Part shown: positions 31,332-42,274 of the stretch, in pieces | How the letters are laid out: every line of letters begins with the position of its first letter | How positions within the stretch are numbered: position 1 is the first letter of the stretch | DNA from: Giardia intestinalis | Lineage: Eukaryota | DNA length: 64,000 nt | NCBI GenBank assembly: GCA_000002435.2 | Contig: CM018793.1 | Strand: one strand, 5' to 3' | Notes under the pieces: model-generated | Database searches by the model: none | Told to the model about the DNA's origin: nothing | The model's input: the letters and a program-made list of their open reading frames with translations, nothing else | Position numbers and translations under genes: made by a program

Positions 31332-33326
31332 TTGGAGGGGAGAGAAATAAATACAATGTCGAGCTACCCCGAGCGCACCGGCTTCAAGAGAGACTACGAC
31401 GACGGCCCGGGTTATGGGCGCCGTGATGACCGCGGGGGACGCGGAGGCTATGGAGGAGGCCGCAGGCGCGATGATCGCAGGGGCTATGGCGGAGGACGCG
31501 GAGGATACGGTGGGCGTGGCAGCTACGACGACCGTGCGGGGAATCCCGGGGATCTCCATCGCCGCCATGAAAATCTGTACCCTGCACTTACTGAAGAGGA
31601 GCTTTTTGGACAAAAGGTTGGAACGGAGGCTTTGCAGACGGGGGAGCGCGATTACTCCATTTACCAGGACGTTAAGGTTTCAGTCGATTTCGCTCGGGCA
31701 ATAAAGGAGGTCGCACCCATTGCCACATTCGAGGACCTCTCACGAGAGCCGTTTGACCTGGACCCAGAGGTTTATCAGAACACAGTTCGTGCAAAGTATT
31801 TCCAGCCAACACCAATCCAGAAGCACGCCCTCCCCACGGGGATGGTCGGGTATGACCTCTTGGCTTGTTCCCAGACTGGTTCTGGAAAGACCTGTGCGTT
31901 CATAATCCCCATTCTCCATCGCATAGCCACGGAGAAGCTGAAGCTCTACACCATGTCTCCAGGACACCACGAGGACAGAGACTTCCGCTTTAACGCCAAG
32001 GGCAGCAGGGCGTATCCGTTCTGCATCATCATGTCTCCCACGCGTGAACTTGTCCAGCAGACTGCCAAGGCGAGCTGGATGCTTAGCTATGGAACATCGA
32101 TACTCACGAGAGTTGCCTATGGCGGAGATCCCTCTGGCCCCCAGCGGGATGCGCTCCAAATGGGCTGTGACATACTCGTGGCCACTCCAGGGAGGCTTCT
32201 CGACTTTATTAAGCAGGGGGTCGTTGAGACAACGTATGTCCGCTTTGTTGTCTTTGACGAGTGCGATCGGATGCTTGACATGGGGTTCGAGCCTCAGATT
32301 CGTGACATCTTGCACGAGCTCCCTCCCATCCACCACTCTGTTCAAGATCCCAGCAATCCTGACATCACGCACCAGATAGAGCGGCAGACCCTCCTCTTCT
32401 CTGCCACCTTTCCCAAGGAGATCAAGAACCTTGCAATGGAGTTTCTTCGCCAAGACAGACTTGTCTCCATCACAGTAGGACAGATAGGGTCTTCCAATCC
32501 GAATCTGGCGCAGCGCGTTGTGTTGGTTGAGCGCAGCAATGACAAACTGCGGCTTCTGACAGAGTATATAACGGGGCAGAATGCCGACTTGAACAACATG
32601 CTCATAGAGGTATACGGCACCGACAAGGAGCAGGATCCATCCCTCTCTACAGTTTCTAGCACGGCTGGGATCTCTGAGGAGTTTAACGAGGCGATGAACG
32701 CTACCTATCCTGATAGCCATGCTGCACGCCATGACACTCTCAATAAAGACGGGATTATTCAATATCAAACGATTGTCTTCACAAATTTCAAGTCAGAGGC
32801 GGATCGCATCTTTAGGTACTTTGATGATATGCGATATAGAGTTGCCGTCATACATGGCGATATGACCCAAAAAGAGCGGGAAAACAATCTCAAGTACTTC
32901 AAGGCTGGCCGCACCAACATCCTCATTGGTACTGACGTTGCACAGCGAGGACTGGACATCCCTAACGTCAGGCTCGTTCTGAACTATGACCTGCCTGGAA
33001 ATGTCGATGACTACACACACCGGATCGGTCGAACAGGGCGCGCTGGCAGGCCTGGTCTGGCAGTGACGTTTGTCTGCCCTGATCGAGACAATGTGGGCGC
33101 CCTGAAAGATATACGCAGAAAGATGATGGACACGAAACAGCCCATACCGGATTGGTTCAACAGGACCATAGACGAAATGCTCAGTGATAAGCGCAACGCC
33201 AAGAGCGCGCGCAGAGGTGGTGGTGGCCGCGGCGGCGGCGGTGGTCGTGGAGATCGAGGTTATGGCGGCGATCGAGGTTACGGTGGTGGACGTGGCGGCT
33301 ACGGCGGAGACCGAGGAAGATATTAA
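31332..33326 (+). CDS. ATP-dependent DEAD-box RNA helicase, DDX3/Ded1/Vasa-like, with RGG/GYGG-rich N- and C-termini; motif II is DECD
   Basis: Q-motif region, motif I SQTGSGKT, Ia PTRELV, TPGRL, motif II VVFDECDRMLDMGF, III SAT, V ILIGTDVAQRGLD and VI HRIGRTGRAG are present. Gly/Arg/Tyr repeats (RGGYGGGRGGYGG) occur at both ends. Confidence 0.9.
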   Translation: MEGREINTMSSYPERTGFKRDYDDGPGYGRRDDRGGRGGYGGGRRRDDRRGYGGGRGGYGGRGSYDDRAGNPGDLHRRHENLYPALTEEELFGQKVGTEALQTGERDYSIYQDVKVSVDFARAIKEVAPIATFEDLSREPFDLDPEVYQNTVRAKYFQPTPIQKHALPTGMVGYDLLACSQTGSGKTCAFIIPILHRIATEKLKLYTMSPGHHEDRDFRFNAKGSRAYPFCIIMSPTRELVQQTAKASWMLSYGTSILTRVAYGGDPSGPQRDALQMGCDILVATPGRLLDFIKQGVVETTYVRFVVFDECDRMLDMGFEPQIRDILHELPPIHHSVQDPSNPDITHQIERQTLLFSATFPKEIKNLAMEFLRQDRLVSITVGQIGSSNPNLAQRVVLVERSNDKLRLLTEYITGQNADLNNMLIEVYGTDKEQDPSLSTVSSTAGISEEFNEAMNATYPDSHAARHDTLNKDGIIQYQTIVFTNFKSEADRIFRYFDDMRYRVAVIHGDMTQKERENNLKYFKAGRTNILIGTDVAQRGLDIPNVRLVLNYDLPGNVDDYTHRIGRTGRAGRPGLAVTFVCPDRDNVGALKDIRRKMMDTKQPIPDWFNRTIDEMLSDKRNAKSARRGGGGRGGGGGRGDRGYGGDRGYGGGRGGYGGDRGRY

Positions 33327-33412
33327 GTTGTAAACGGTCTGACTGGGAGTGTCCCTGACCCTTGGATTGTTGCATTTTACATTTATCAACATACATTAGG
33401 AAATATTCGTGA

Positions 33413-35476
33413 GTGCATATGATTGACGGATCTCCGGACAAGTTGTACAAGAGGCTCGAGGAACTGGGGAGAGGATCATTTGGAAAGGTATATAAGGTCC
33501 AACATCGGAGAACAGGAGAGTTCTATGCTTTGAAGCTTGTTGCGTATCATGGAATGAGCACCAAACTGTACGACATGCAGACGTCAGAAATAGAGCTTCT
33601 TACATCTGTTCATCACCCCGGGATTATAAACTATCATGAAGCATACGATGATCACGAAAATAAGGAGTTCGGTATCATAATGGACATTTTCACCAAGGGT
33701 GACCTACACAGCTACATTAACAAAAAGAGGGTCACTAAGGCATCTGTTTCAGAGCAAAGCATATGGGCGATTCTTTCACAACTTGCCTATGCCCTGTCGT
33801 ACTGCCACAGCAAGACACGTGCCCAGGGGATCGAGTTTGGGGTTGTAATTCATCGAGACATAAAGCCTGAAAACATCCTGATCAGCGATGATGGCAGAGT
33901 TGTTTTCTCGGATTTCGGTATCTGCAGGGCTCTCGAAGAGCGTAAGGCAACGGGAACAATCGTGGGGACCGTCGCATATCTTGCCCCCGAGATTGCTAGC
34001 ATGAAATCCTACGATGAAAAGGTTGATATTTGGTCACTCGGATGCACCATCTACGAGCTGTGTACGAAGACATTGCTCTTTCGTGCCAAGAACATATCTG
34101 ACTTGGCGAACAAACACAAGGAATTCAGTTCTGAGTCCCTAATCATTCAACATCACGGATATAGCGAGCAGCTAGAGACAGTGCTCAAAGCAATGCTTCA
34201 AGTGGATCCCACTGTTCGCATATCTGCTGCAGAAATCTGTCACATCGATAGAGTGCGCGTGGAGCTCGATAAGTTCAAGCAGATGATGGCCGAGAAGGGG
34301 AAGCCTATACCCCAGGAGGTCCCCGTGCCCAATGCGCCCCAGACCCCCGTGAAGCAGGCGGTTTCAGCTTCGCCCTCGCCGTTCGCGCATCTCAAGTGGA
34401 GCACCAGCAATTCACAACAAGAACAGCGCCGCCTTCCTCAGAGTAGACCAATGAGCCCCCCGCCTGTTGAGGATGTGCGTCCTCGCAAAGTCCCTCCGCA
34501 GAATAATCCATCAATAGATGACCTTATTCTTGCTGTCAGACAGAATAATATCACAGACATCCGAAACCTTTCGAAAACGCTGGCCCGTAAGACAGATAGC
34601 TCTGGCCGGTCAGCATTAATGCACGCTGTTATAATGGACAGAATAGAGGCGGTAAAGATCCTCGCCCCCTTAGAGTCTGGACTGATGGACAAGAGTGGAC
34701 GTACCGCTTTGCACTATGCATGTGCGAAGAAGGAGCCAAATAAGCAAATGCTCTTGCTTCTCGGAGAAGTTGAGGGCCGTGTGGTGAACTCAATTGGAAG
34801 AACATCGCTGATGCTTTTGATAAAGGACGGGCGTAAAGACGTTGCACAGCTCCTGGTAAACAAGTCGTATGGCGTTCAGGATGTGGCAGGCACCACAGCA
34901 CTGATTCTGGCTATACGTTATGGGCAGACAGACATAGCCATGCAACTAGTGCACAAAGAACAGAAGCTTGTGATGAAGAATGGGTGGTCGGCTTTGATGG
35001 AGGCAGCACAACAGGGAAATGTCACCGTGGCAAGAGCACTAAGAAACGCTGAGTTTGGACTCAGGGGCAACATGGAATGGACCGCGCTCATGGTCGCAGC
35101 AGCTCATGGCAGTGACGGGGTCTGTAAGATTCTAATGGACGTCGAAGGAAAGCAGCGCGATACCCTGGGAGAAACAGCACTGATGAAGGCTGCGCGGGCT
35201 GGCAAGTCAAACTGTGCGCAGGTTCTTCTTCGTGCTGAAGGAAAGCTCGTACGGCCGGATGGGAAGAGTGCACTGATGTGCGCTGCAGAGGCCGGCCATA
35301 CAGAGTGCGTTCGTGTACTCTGTGCCACTGAAGCAGGGCTAAGGAAGCAGGATGGCCGCACGGCCCTGAAGTTCGCTCTCGAACGAGGACACACTGAGTG
35401 CGTCGATCTTTTGCGGCCCTACGAAGATGTCACCTCCCCACGACAAGATGTTAACTGTACGGGAAAACGGAAGTAA
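33413..35476 (+). CDS. NEK-family serine/threonine kinase (catalytically competent motifs) with C-terminal ankyrin repeats
   Basis: LGRGSFGKVYKV (GxGxxG), YALK, HRDIKPENILI, DFG, YLAPE and DIWSLGCTIYEL are present. At least 7 ankyrin repeats follow (SGRSALMHAV, GRTALHYAC, GTTALILAI, GWSALMEAA, GETALMKAA, GKSALMCAA, GRTALKFAL). Confidence 0.9.
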   Translation: MHMIDGSPDKLYKRLEELGRGSFGKVYKVQHRRTGEFYALKLVAYHGMSTKLYDMQTSEIELLTSVHHPGIINYHEAYDDHENKEFGIIMDIFTKGDLHSYINKKRVTKASVSEQSIWAILSQLAYALSYCHSKTRAQGIEFGVVIHRDIKPENILISDDGRVVFSDFGICRALEERKATGTIVGTVAYLAPEIASMKSYDEKVDIWSLGCTIYELCTKTLLFRAKNISDLANKHKEFSSESLIIQHHGYSEQLETVLKAMLQVDPTVRISAAEICHIDRVRVELDKFKQMMAEKGKPIPQEVPVPNAPQTPVKQAVSASPSPFAHLKWSTSNSQQEQRRLPQSRPMSPPPVEDVRPRKVPPQNNPSIDDLILAVRQNNITDIRNLSKTLARKTDSSGRSALMHAVIMDRIEAVKILAPLESGLMDKSGRTALHYACAKKEPNKQMLLLLGEVEGRVVNSIGRTSLMLLIKDGRKDVAQLLVNKSYGVQDVAGTTALILAIRYGQTDIAMQLVHKEQKLVMKNGWSALMEAAQQGNVTVARALRNAEFGLRGNMEWTALMVAAAHGSDGVCKILMDVEGKQRDTLGETALMKAARAGKSNCAQVLLRAEGKLVRPDGKSALMCAAEAGHTECVRVLCATEAGLRKQDGRTALKFALERGHTECVDLLRPYEDVTSPRQDVNCTGKRK

Positions 35477-35583
35477 ACAACGGCAAAGAGATGTGCCGGC
35501 CTTGGTACAACATACCCACACGCGCCTCAGAAGGGTGCCATTCCATTGTCTACACACCTGACGTGCACATGCAGTTCTAATAA

Positions 35584-36540
35584 TTGTGTGCTGGTATAAG
35601 TCGGCAGTTTAAAAAAATGTTTTCGCCAGTGCTACTCGCAATCGTCGCCGTATCTTGTTCGGCAGACTGCCTATCTGGTGGTAATGCTAATGTTACTAGT
35701 AATAAGGAATTTAATATACAAGTTGGTGGTAGCTCTGCATGCACTACTAATTCATGGATTTACGTTTCTTTCCCTTGCGGGAAGACACTTACTTTCAAAC
35801 AGAAAATTTCAACCTCTCCCACTAGTAGTCCGCTAACTTTTAACTGTAGCCACTTTTATTCGTCTACCAATGATCCCAATTTGCTTTGTGATTTTTATCA
35901 GTGTCGGTCAATTGATGGTCAACCCGCCGTTAAAGCCACTTATAACACTACGCAAAACGCTAAGCTGAAGGCAGGAGAACTTGTTAAAAACGAAGAAAAA
36001 ACTCTCACCCTTAAGATCACGGGGGATCTGACTCCACCTGAGGAGACCGACACCAAGGATAAGAACCTCCTCACTATCGTGATCATCTCTGTGGTCGTGA
36101 TTATCGTCCTTGTCGTCGTCTTCGTTGTGTTCTGCATACTTTGTAAAAAGAAGAGGACGCAGACGAACGCTGACGCCGCGCAGAAGATCGACGCCGCGTA
36201 CAGAGAGCACCCGAAGAACGAAATGCTCATAGACATCGTCAGAACGCAGAAGCGGTATGACGACTCAGAAAACACAGACGAGTTCTACCTAAACATCGGC
36301 GACTCGGGGGCCCTCGCCGTCGCTTCAGACAAGATCAAAACTAGGGGCCCCAAGCATGGAGGGTCTTCCCGGTCCAAGGCCAATAGGTCGCACACTATAG
36401 AGAGCGAAGACGGTAGCTTTATGATATCTGACGGAAAGATGCGTAGCTCATCTCGAGCTTCCTTCCACGATGAAAGCTTTACCATAAACCGCGTCCTCAA
36501 GCCGGCGACGGGGAACCTTGACCTTACAGACAGTGACTAG
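35584..36540 (+). CDS. Hypothetical type-I membrane protein (signal peptide, Cys-containing ectodomain, single TM, cytoplasmic tail); likely starts at Met 35617
   Basis: MFSPVLLAIVAVSCSA is signal-like. TM segment IVIISVVVIIVLVVVFVVFCIL is followed by KKKR. Several N-glycosylation sequons lie in the ectodomain. Confidence 0.55.
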   Translation: MCAGISRQFKKMFSPVLLAIVAVSCSADCLSGGNANVTSNKEFNIQVGGSSACTTNSWIYVSFPCGKTLTFKQKISTSPTSSPLTFNCSHFYSSTNDPNLLCDFYQCRSIDGQPAVKATYNTTQNAKLKAGELVKNEEKTLTLKITGDLTPPEETDTKDKNLLTIVIISVVVIIVLVVVFVVFCILCKKKRTQTNADAAQKIDAAYREHPKNEMLIDIVRTQKRYDDSENTDEFYLNIGDSGALAVASDKIKTRGPKHGGSSRSKANRSHTIESEDGSFMISDGKMRSSSRASFHDESFTINRVLKPATGNLDLTDSD

Positions 36541-36645
36541 CGAGCCCCTGGCGGTTTTTAGCGTATGTACGTTAGCTCCTTAGTGTTGCACTTATCTATA
36601 TGTCTTTGTAAACAAGCGTTCAGAGATAGACTTTAGCCAAAATAA

Positions 36646-37005
36646 ATGCGAGCACTTGGACGTCGCGCTTGGAGGGGCTTCTGCGGGTTTATCGGGGCGT
36701 CTGCGCTGGTACCGGCTGTCTCTTGGCCTGATGTGGACGACTATGTCAAAAAACTACAGGTTATTGAGAACCGCGAGGAGAACTCCATCATGCTGCACAG
36801 CGTCTCCGCAACCCCTCTCCTCAATACATCCAACTATCCAGCGCCCGAAAGTACCGCTCGGGACTCTCAAAGAGGTATACTGACACAATCCTTCGTAGAT
36901 TTTGAAAAGATTTGTAAAGAAATTCCGGCGTTTCTTAAGACAGCGTCCAAAGAAGATGTCTATGAGATGCACACAGTCATTGCAGCCATCAATAGCACAG
37001 CATAA
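36646..37005 (+). CDS. Small hypothetical ORF (119 aa), unsupported
   Basis: Only ORF of size in a 650-bp gap between well-supported genes. No motif recognised. Confidence 0.25.
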   Translation: MRALGRRAWRGFCGFIGASALVPAVSWPDVDDYVKKLQVIENREENSIMLHSVSATPLLNTSNYPAPESTARDSQRGILTQSFVDFEKICKEIPAFLKTASKEDVYEMHTVIAAINSTA

Positions 37006-37196
37006 GAAGCCACTAATATGGATTGTGTTTTTGGATCGCAGTTTTCCATTGTGAAGCAAAGAAAGGACGGAAAACCGTCCGCCGACAAGCTATTATGTTA
37101 CATACCTCTTTAAAATGCAGAATACGTTGGCTTTTACGCATTACACTATCCACATGAGACGATACACTAAGGCGCTCCTCCAAAAAACGTGAGATC

Positions 37197-37757
37197 ATGA
37201 CTCTGACTTCTGTTAGAGACTGGTTTTGTACGGTGGCATCTGGAGACCTGGACACCGTGAGGGATAACATTGATACATATGCTGGCGCCCGGTCGTGGAA
37301 CGGTGACACAGCCCTCATGGTTGCGGCCCGGTACAACTACTCTGAAGTGGTGCGAACTTTGGCCCCAATTGAGCATGGCTTACGGAATCAGGATGACTAC
37401 ACTGCTCTATTCATCGCAATAAACTACGACAGCATTGCGGCAGTGGAGATTCTTGTTCATTATGAAGCGTACCTAAGTATCAAGGAACGGTTAACACCGC
37501 TGCACTATGCAGTAGCACTCAATAGATTATCCTGCGTCCAGCCTCTAATGACATCCCTGGGCCACGAGCGGGACGCTAAGGGTCGGATACCTACGGATTT
37601 GGCGTATTTAATGGGTCACTTTGATATAGCCATTTTTCTCTCAATACGGGGCTACAACTGCACGCCTGGCATAATCTCGTCAATGATGATAGACCATGTG
37701 CACCATTTCTACAAGGTCTATTTCGAAGCAGCATATGATACCTTCGGTGCTGAATAA
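37197..37757 (+). CDS. Ankyrin-repeat protein (Giardia 'protein 21.1'-like)
   Basis: Ankyrin repeats NGDTALMVAARYNYSEVVRTL, DYTALFIAINYDSIAAVEIL and LTPLHYAVALNRLSCVQPL. Confidence 0.7.
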   Translation: MTLTSVRDWFCTVASGDLDTVRDNIDTYAGARSWNGDTALMVAARYNYSEVVRTLAPIEHGLRNQDDYTALFIAINYDSIAAVEILVHYEAYLSIKERLTPLHYAVALNRLSCVQPLMTSLGHERDAKGRIPTDLAYLMGHFDIAIFLSIRGYNCTPGIISSMMIDHVHHFYKVYFEAAYDTFGAE

Positions 37758-37850
37758 TTGCAGATGTACCCTTCAACCGGCGATTGATGCCCTCAAAGTT
37801 AATTATTTTCGTTTATTCTCAGGTTGAACAACTATGTGAACAGCTTAGCG

Positions 37851-38897
37851 TCACTGCTTAACCCTGCGCTTCGCTGTGAGGCTGTCGGATGCCTTTCTAA
37901 TCTTTTCGTAGTACTGCAACTCCTCGTCCCCTGCTAGTAACTCCACTTTGCACGTCCCTCCACAGAGAACAAGTTCCTTGTTAGAGTACTCTTTCACCGC
38001 AGCCTCTGCTGCTGCAGGGTGGTCTGTGTGGTAGCGGACATACCCCACTTCTGCACCAGGCTGAAAATCAATGAACTTAATGACCCCGAACTGGGAGAAG
38101 ACGCTCTTGAGAACATCCCGCGATGGAGCCTGGTCCTTGGGTGCGTCAGACACGGGTACAAAGTCAGACTTGACTGCATTCGACTGCTCATCAAACCCTA
38201 GTCGCCCTATACCCGTAAGTTTGAGTATCATCCCTTTAGTGATTGTCATCTGCTTCTTAGACGCGGCCGACTGCTTCCCCTTTTTGCTGCCGGCTTTCCA
38301 ACTATCCAGCTTAAGCACAATAAGATTCTTGCTCAGCTCCTCTGTTAATGCGGCAGGTTCCAACTCAGATAAGGACTTCGCACGAGCAACTGCCTCTTCT
38401 GTTTCTATCTCCTGAGAGCCAAAGCGCTTCCAGCATTCCTCGCAGTCCTCCAGAGTCGAAAACACAATAAATGCAGATCCCTTAAATTTCCGCTCCTTGC
38501 CTGAGAGGTAGCGCAACCCCACGTGTTCTATACGAACTTTAAGGACATCGCGAAAGAAAATCCTGATGGTATCAACCGTGAACCCCAGCGGCCAACCCTT
38601 TATATAGAGGGTGAGGGGCTCCGGCTGGTAGTTGGCGGGAATGGGAGCGCGACGTTTAACCCTAAGATCGCTTGACACCTCAATGACTGGTGAGTCAATG
38701 GCAGCGTCACGGAGTTGCTCAGGTGTCAGGCCGTAGGCCTTCAGCTTTGGAAAGTCGTTCACCACGGAAAGCTCAATAGACTGATCTGTCGATTCTCGAA
38801 GCTTGTCGAGCATCCACTTATCACGGGTGATGTTATAGTTAGAGAAGTAGTACTCAAGCTGCGTGAGAGCGTTGCGCGGCGCGTTTCCAATGTCCAT
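37851..38897 (-). CDS. La protein (La motif + RRM), RNA polymerase III transcript-binding factor homolog
   Basis: La motif LTQLEYYFSNYNITRDKWMLDKL...IELSVVNDFPKLKAY matches [21 protein letters not shown]...LEIMIKFNRLNRLT. The adjacent RRM-like region is TLYIKGWPLGF...KFKGSAFIVFSTLEDCEECWK. Confidence 0.85.
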   Translation of the reverse strand: MDIGNAPRNALTQLEYYFSNYNITRDKWMLDKLRESTDQSIELSVVNDFPKLKAYGLTPEQLRDAAIDSPVIEVSSDLRVKRRAPIPANYQPEPLTLYIKGWPLGFTVDTIRIFFRDVLKVRIEHVGLRYLSGKERKFKGSAFIVFSTLEDCEECWKRFGSQEIETEEAVARAKSLSELEPAALTEELSKNLIVLKLDSWKAGSKKGKQSAASKKQMTITKGMILKLTGIGRLGFDEQSNAVKSDFVPVSDAPKDQAPSRDVLKSVFSQFGVIKFIDFQPGAEVGYVRYHTDHPAAAEAAVKEYSNKELVLCGGTCKVELLAGDEELQYYEKIRKASDSLTAKRRVKQ

Positions 38898-38932
38898 CTA
38901 CCTTTCTATTAATTTCATTCTTTTTCATCCGG

Positions 38933-41900
38933 ATGAGTGTTGTGAGCCAACAACTCCAGGCCGCAGAGGATCGCTGGGGTCGTGAGCGAGAGGCCATGGA
39001 AAAGCTCCTGGAGAAGCTTTCAAAATCCGCTGCAGAAAGCGGGTTTGATGGACATGTAAGCCAGAGTAGTCTGAGTGAGCTGTGTGCTCTTCAAGCCTTT
39101 GAGCAAGTGGCTGAGATCCTTCTCTATGCTGCGCAGGCGTTGCTGTCCATATTTGGACTTCTGGACTCTTCAGAACCCCAGGTCCTTGCTGAGCTCCAAG
39201 AGGAAATTACAGTGATGAGCGCCTCTACCCAAGCATTTGAGGACTCCGCGAACAAGAGGCCCCACCGTCCAAGCTACTGCTCTCAGAAGTACACCTCAGA
39301 GCAACTTGCCCTGGTATATCTGGTGCTCCTTGATTTACAGCCATGCATTCTTCACATGTCTATTACCAAGATCTTTGAGACTGGAAATATGAGCTTGCAG
39401 CAAGACAGGGATCCGTCCACAGGAAGCACCATCCGAACCTTGAGAAGCTACATGCGCGTGTTTCTCTCCTTTTGCCGAATACACCTTGCCGTCTCTTACT
39501 CCTTGTACAACACGCAACACAACCTTTATCCGGATGATTGGCTTATTCAGAAGGAGCATCACGTGACTCACGATGACTTGAACCCCCTTTCAATCCACCT
39601 TCTTGTGCTGGCCCAGCTGGATCTAGTTTTGAAGGCTATCATACCATTTGTGGAGGCTTTTGAGGTTGTCTTCAGCCTCTGCAAAGATACCACCGTGTCG
39701 GACTCTTCGGGATTACAGGAGGGAGATCTACCAATTTTGCACAAGTTGTCTTTCTTGTATGGATCGTCATTTCTACGAACGCTTTTATACTATTTTCACT
39801 ACATTCGTGCAAGACTTTATACAGATTCATTTGCCCTTGATAGGGACGGAAAGCGCAAGCAAATCTCCTGGATGTTCGTTGAGCTAAATGTAATAGCAAG
39901 CAATCTGGCGCAAAGTGGGCTGGAGGTGGCCAAGACAGATATGGATGTCATTTTGACTCATGCGGACCATTGCTTTAGCGAACTGGCCCGCACCTTTCTT
40001 CATCAAAGTCTTACAATCCGAACCTTCCTCCATAGCTTTACCACATCCCAACTCACTATTGACCACATTCCATGCAGCTCACAGAGCTCGTTATTCTTCT
40101 TCTTCGGCTCCTTGGTGAAGTTCTATAAATGCATCTACCTTGCAACTGGTGAGCTCAATCACGGTACTACCCTGTCATCTCAACCTTTCATTAGCGATCT
40201 AGCGGTTACCACATGCTACACTGCCTTGCATAGTACGGTTTCTACCCACCTACTAACGAGTTATCTGTTCGTCATCACAGGCTTCATAGAGGCATTTGGT
40301 ATCATCACATGCTTGTCTATAGAGTCATCTGTCTTCGATGAATCCACTTTTGAAAACCTCTGCACCTTAGCTGCGCAAGCGAACATCTGCTTGCGCGAAC
40401 GCGTGTCTAGCAATTTCCAGTGCACCTACTCGTCATCTATCAGCCCCATCTTTGATCACTATCGCGTCAATGAGACTATCCTTAGGCCGCTTTTTGCTGA
40501 CGACAGCGTAGAGTTGTCGACAGTACGCGCTTGTGATCTCATGTTTGACGGAATAAAAGATATGATGACCCTGTTTTCCGAGTTATGCGACCCAAGCCTT
40601 ATTCGGATTCAGACGGCAGGGAGCATACTGGTCTCTGCTTGGGTTTTAGCTGGAGAGCTTCCGCCAGCACACGCCATGTGTCTATTGACGTCAGTTGACC
40701 CTGTAGTCGTGCACACCACCGATGCCACTTCGGCCCTTTATAAACCTGTTAGCACTAATATAAATGGGGCACCAAGTGTCTTCATAGCCAAAATGCACTA
40801 TTCCTTGTTAGCAGAACCAGCAAAGGCATTTTACAAACAACATGTGATGAGACTATTTTCCATCAAAACAACGCAGGATACCCATGGGACTACTTCTGTT
40901 CCGCTCTACTACGAGTCCAACACTATTATAAGCCAGGACTGCGAGCACTCCTTCCTCGTGCAGCACACTTTACTTCAGGCAGAGGCTATTCTGGTAGTTC
41001 TCAAGAGCTTCACGAAAAACAGAGACATTTACAGATTTCATTCAGTGAAGTGGATAGGTTTTTCGGACTTAATTATGATGCTCATGGGAAGCGCCTACAT
41101 TGACGGCCTGAGCAAGTTGAGTACAGTGGATAAACTGTCAGATAATGTATTCCTCAAGGTGACATCCTATGATACAACTCCGTTGCAGAGCGAAAGCTAT
41201 GTTGGTTTAGATCTTAAGAGGACAACTACTCCATCCGTTAACAACTCCCTTATACCTAGCTATGCATCCGACCTGCAGCGCAGCAGTGGGATGCCTCTCT
41301 TTTCTTCGTGGATTGAACAAATTAACACAATCGAATCATATTTCCGCCTCCTTAACATGATGTCAACTTCCTCAACTCTAAGAGAAACGTTTTTCAACTA
41401 TATCGTTCTCAATTTGAAGATATACTTACACACTTTAGATACCTTTTGTAGCACTTTTGAACGCATGTATTCGGCATTTTCAGGGGGGCTTTATACAGAC
41501 TCTTCGTCATCCTTCAGTTTGCCAGGCACGCTTAAAGAAGAGGGCGAGCGACTCCATAAAGATGCTAGGAAATTTGGTCCACTGGTCGGGCGCAAGTATA
41601 TCGAGTATATTCATGCACTTGTGAATACAGCGAAGTCCATTAAACAGGTCTCGACACGCTACATAGATGTAATGGACGCTGAAGAATCCGTAAAGCTCCG
41701 CATGCTTGAGCGCCAAGTCAAAACAGTATCGAAATCATGTACGCGTTGCGCAAGCCTCTGCATATTCCTGCACAGCATAAATTCAATACTTGCCGTCATA
41801 CTTGATTCCGAGACCCTCAAAAGGTACTACTCTACCAGCTCGTTCAAGCTTGCTGGGACTCTGCCCTTTCCTGCAAACATCTTGTACGTGATTCAGGATT

Positions 41901-42274
41901 TTGATGGGGAGCTGGAGCGTCAAGAGATTGCAATTGGGTTTGTGAGCTATCTTGATTCCTGGTTGCTACGCTATGGTGTCCTCACTCAGCTACGCAGGAC
42001 ACGAGATTTGCAACTTGTGGATCGAATGATGCAGCGAATGCGCAGCCTTTTGGATGAATTTAGATACGTAAATGCCAGCATGCTTCAGGCGTGCAATGCG
42101 GCTATAGACATCTGTGGAAAAATACTCTCAAGTGAGAAAAGGTACGATGGCAAGAACCCGGCCGATTACTGCAAACAAATGTGGGGAATAGATGCCTCGT
42201 GCATTCCAGGGCCGCTAATAACTGAGTTGTTTCTTTCTGTCTACCAATGTATGGATGACAAATCTAAGCTGTGA
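38933..42274 (+). CDS. Large hypothetical protein (1113 aa), mostly helical, no recognised domain
   Basis: Uninterrupted 3.3-kb ORF. Starts 36 bp from the divergent La gene start. Confidence 0.65.
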   Translation: MSVVSQQLQAAEDRWGREREAMEKLLEKLSKSAAESGFDGHVSQSSLSELCALQAFEQVAEILLYAAQALLSIFGLLDSSEPQVLAELQEEITVMSASTQAFEDSANKRPHRPSYCSQKYTSEQLALVYLVLLDLQPCILHMSITKIFETGNMSLQQDRDPSTGSTIRTLRSYMRVFLSFCRIHLAVSYSLYNTQHNLYPDDWLIQKEHHVTHDDLNPLSIHLLVLAQLDLVLKAIIPFVEAFEVVFSLCKDTTVSDSSGLQEGDLPILHKLSFLYGSSFLRTLLYYFHYIRARLYTDSFALDRDGKRKQISWMFVELNVIASNLAQSGLEVAKTDMDVILTHADHCFSELARTFLHQSLTIRTFLHSFTTSQLTIDHIPCSSQSSLFFFFGSLVKFYKCIYLATGELNHGTTLSSQPFISDLAVTTCYTALHSTVSTHLLTSYLFVITGFIEAFGIITCLSIESSVFDESTFENLCTLAAQANICLRERVSSNFQCTYSSSISPIFDHYRVNETILRPLFADDSVELSTVRACDLMFDGIKDMMTLFSELCDPSLIRIQTAGSILVSAWVLAGELPPAHAMCLLTSVDPVVVHTTDATSALYKPVSTNINGAPSVFIAKMHYSLLAEPAKAFYKQHVMRLFSIKTTQDTHGTTSVPLYYESNTIISQDCEHSFLVQHTLLQAEAILVVLKSFTKNRDIYRFHSVKWIGFSDLIMMLMGSAYIDGLSKLSTVDKLSDNVFLKVTSYDTTPLQSESYVGLDLKRTTTPSVNNSLIPSYASDLQRSSGMPLFSSWIEQINTIESYFRLLNMMSTSSTLRETFFNYIVLNLKIYLHTLDTFCSTFERMYSAFSGGLYTDSSSSFSLPGTLKEEGERLHKDARKFGPLVGRKYIEYIHALVNTAKSIKQVSTRYIDVMDAEESVKLRMLERQVKTVSKSCTRCASLCIFLHSINSILAVILDSETLKRYYSTSSFKLAGTLPFPANILYVIQDFDGELERQEIAIGFVSYLDSWLLRYGVLTQLRRTRDLQLVDRMMQRMRSLLDEFRYVNASMLQACNAAIDICGKILSSEKRYDGKNPADYCKQMWGIDASCIPGPLITELFLSVYQCMDDKSKL

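Noticed and set aside
31740-32768. 342-aa minus-strand ORF
   Set aside because: Lies entirely inside and antisense to the DEAD-box helicase gene, which has all helicase motifs.
32793-33392. 199-aa minus-strand ORF with poly-Ala/Thr
   Set aside because: Antisense to the helicase C-terminal RGG repeats. Low complexity.
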